This document shows positions 41,494-41,630 of a stretch of DNA of 41,630 nucleotides, in pieces. The DNA comes from a virus, in IMG/VR virus record IMGVR_UViG_3300015265_000006, positions 1-41,630 of that record. One strand, written 5' to 3'. The notes beneath the pieces were generated by a model. The model was not told the DNA's origin and made no database searches. It saw nothing but the letters and a program-made list of their open reading frames with translations. The position numbers and the translations under genes are program-made. The stretch's first letter is position 1, and each line of letters starts with the position of its first letter.

Positions 41494-41627
41494 AAATCCA
41501 CGCCACCCGCCACTACACCTTCCAAGAACTGCTCAACCGCATCGACCTCGAATACTGGCGCGTCGTTGAGCATGACGAGATGAACTACACCTTCATCCCA
41601 ATCAAGTATTGGGGAGGCAACCCATGA
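41490..41627 (+). CDS. Small hypothetical protein (45 aa) spanning the contig junction (its end is also at 1..120)
   Basis: MKIHATRHYTFQELLNRIDLEYWRVVEHDEMNYTFIPIKYWGGNP. Confidence 0.6.
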   Translation: MKIHATRHYTFQELLNRIDLEYWRVVEHDEMNYTFIPIKYWGGNP

Positions 41628-41630
41628 AAC
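41508..41630. repeat. Second copy of the 123 nt terminal repeat
   Basis: Exact match to 1..123. Confidence 0.95.

Noticed and set aside
1-41630. CRISPR array, diversity-generating retroelement or toxin-antitoxin module
   Set aside because: No regularly spaced repeats, no reverse transcriptase ORF and no recognisable toxin/antitoxin pair were seen.

Overview
The window reads as one complete temperate phage genome with podovirus-type, Pseudomonas-like gene content. The first 123 nt are repeated exactly at the end (1..123 = 41508..41630), so this looks like a circular contig of about 41,507 bp. It has a lambda-like layout. A LexA/S24-type CI repressor (37874..38602, +) is flanked on each side by operator-like inverted repeats (consensus TTAAGCNNGCTTAA). 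Leftward of CI (- strand) come Cro-like, O-like, DnaB, NinB/NinG and Q-like genes, then the late region: small terminase, large terminase, P22-like portal, scaffold, DUF5309-type capsid, tail and ejection proteins, Gly-rich fibre, SleB-type endolysin, nested Rz/Rz1 spanins and an SGNH-hydrolase tail spike. Rightward of CI (+ strand, through the contig junction) is an early operon of small accessory genes plus a Bet-type annealase, a YqaJ-type nuclease, a C5-cytosine methyltransferase and an excisionase-like protein. It meets a tyrosine integrase tail to tail. A truncated tRNA-Ser(CGA) sequence beside the integrase marks a probable attP. Main points for follow-up: (1) the cytosine methyltransferase gene is open for its whole length in a second frame whose translation itself looks like a conserved phage protein; (2) DnaB is interrupted by a single in-frame TAA between Walker B and the next helicase motif; (3) there are symmetric operator/promoter clusters on both sides of cI; (4) there is a late promoter followed by a terminator just downstream of the Q-like gene; (5) an opposite-strand O-acyltransferase sits inside the late operon of a phage that also carries an SGNH-esterase spike. 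All family assignments come from reading motifs, not from database searches.
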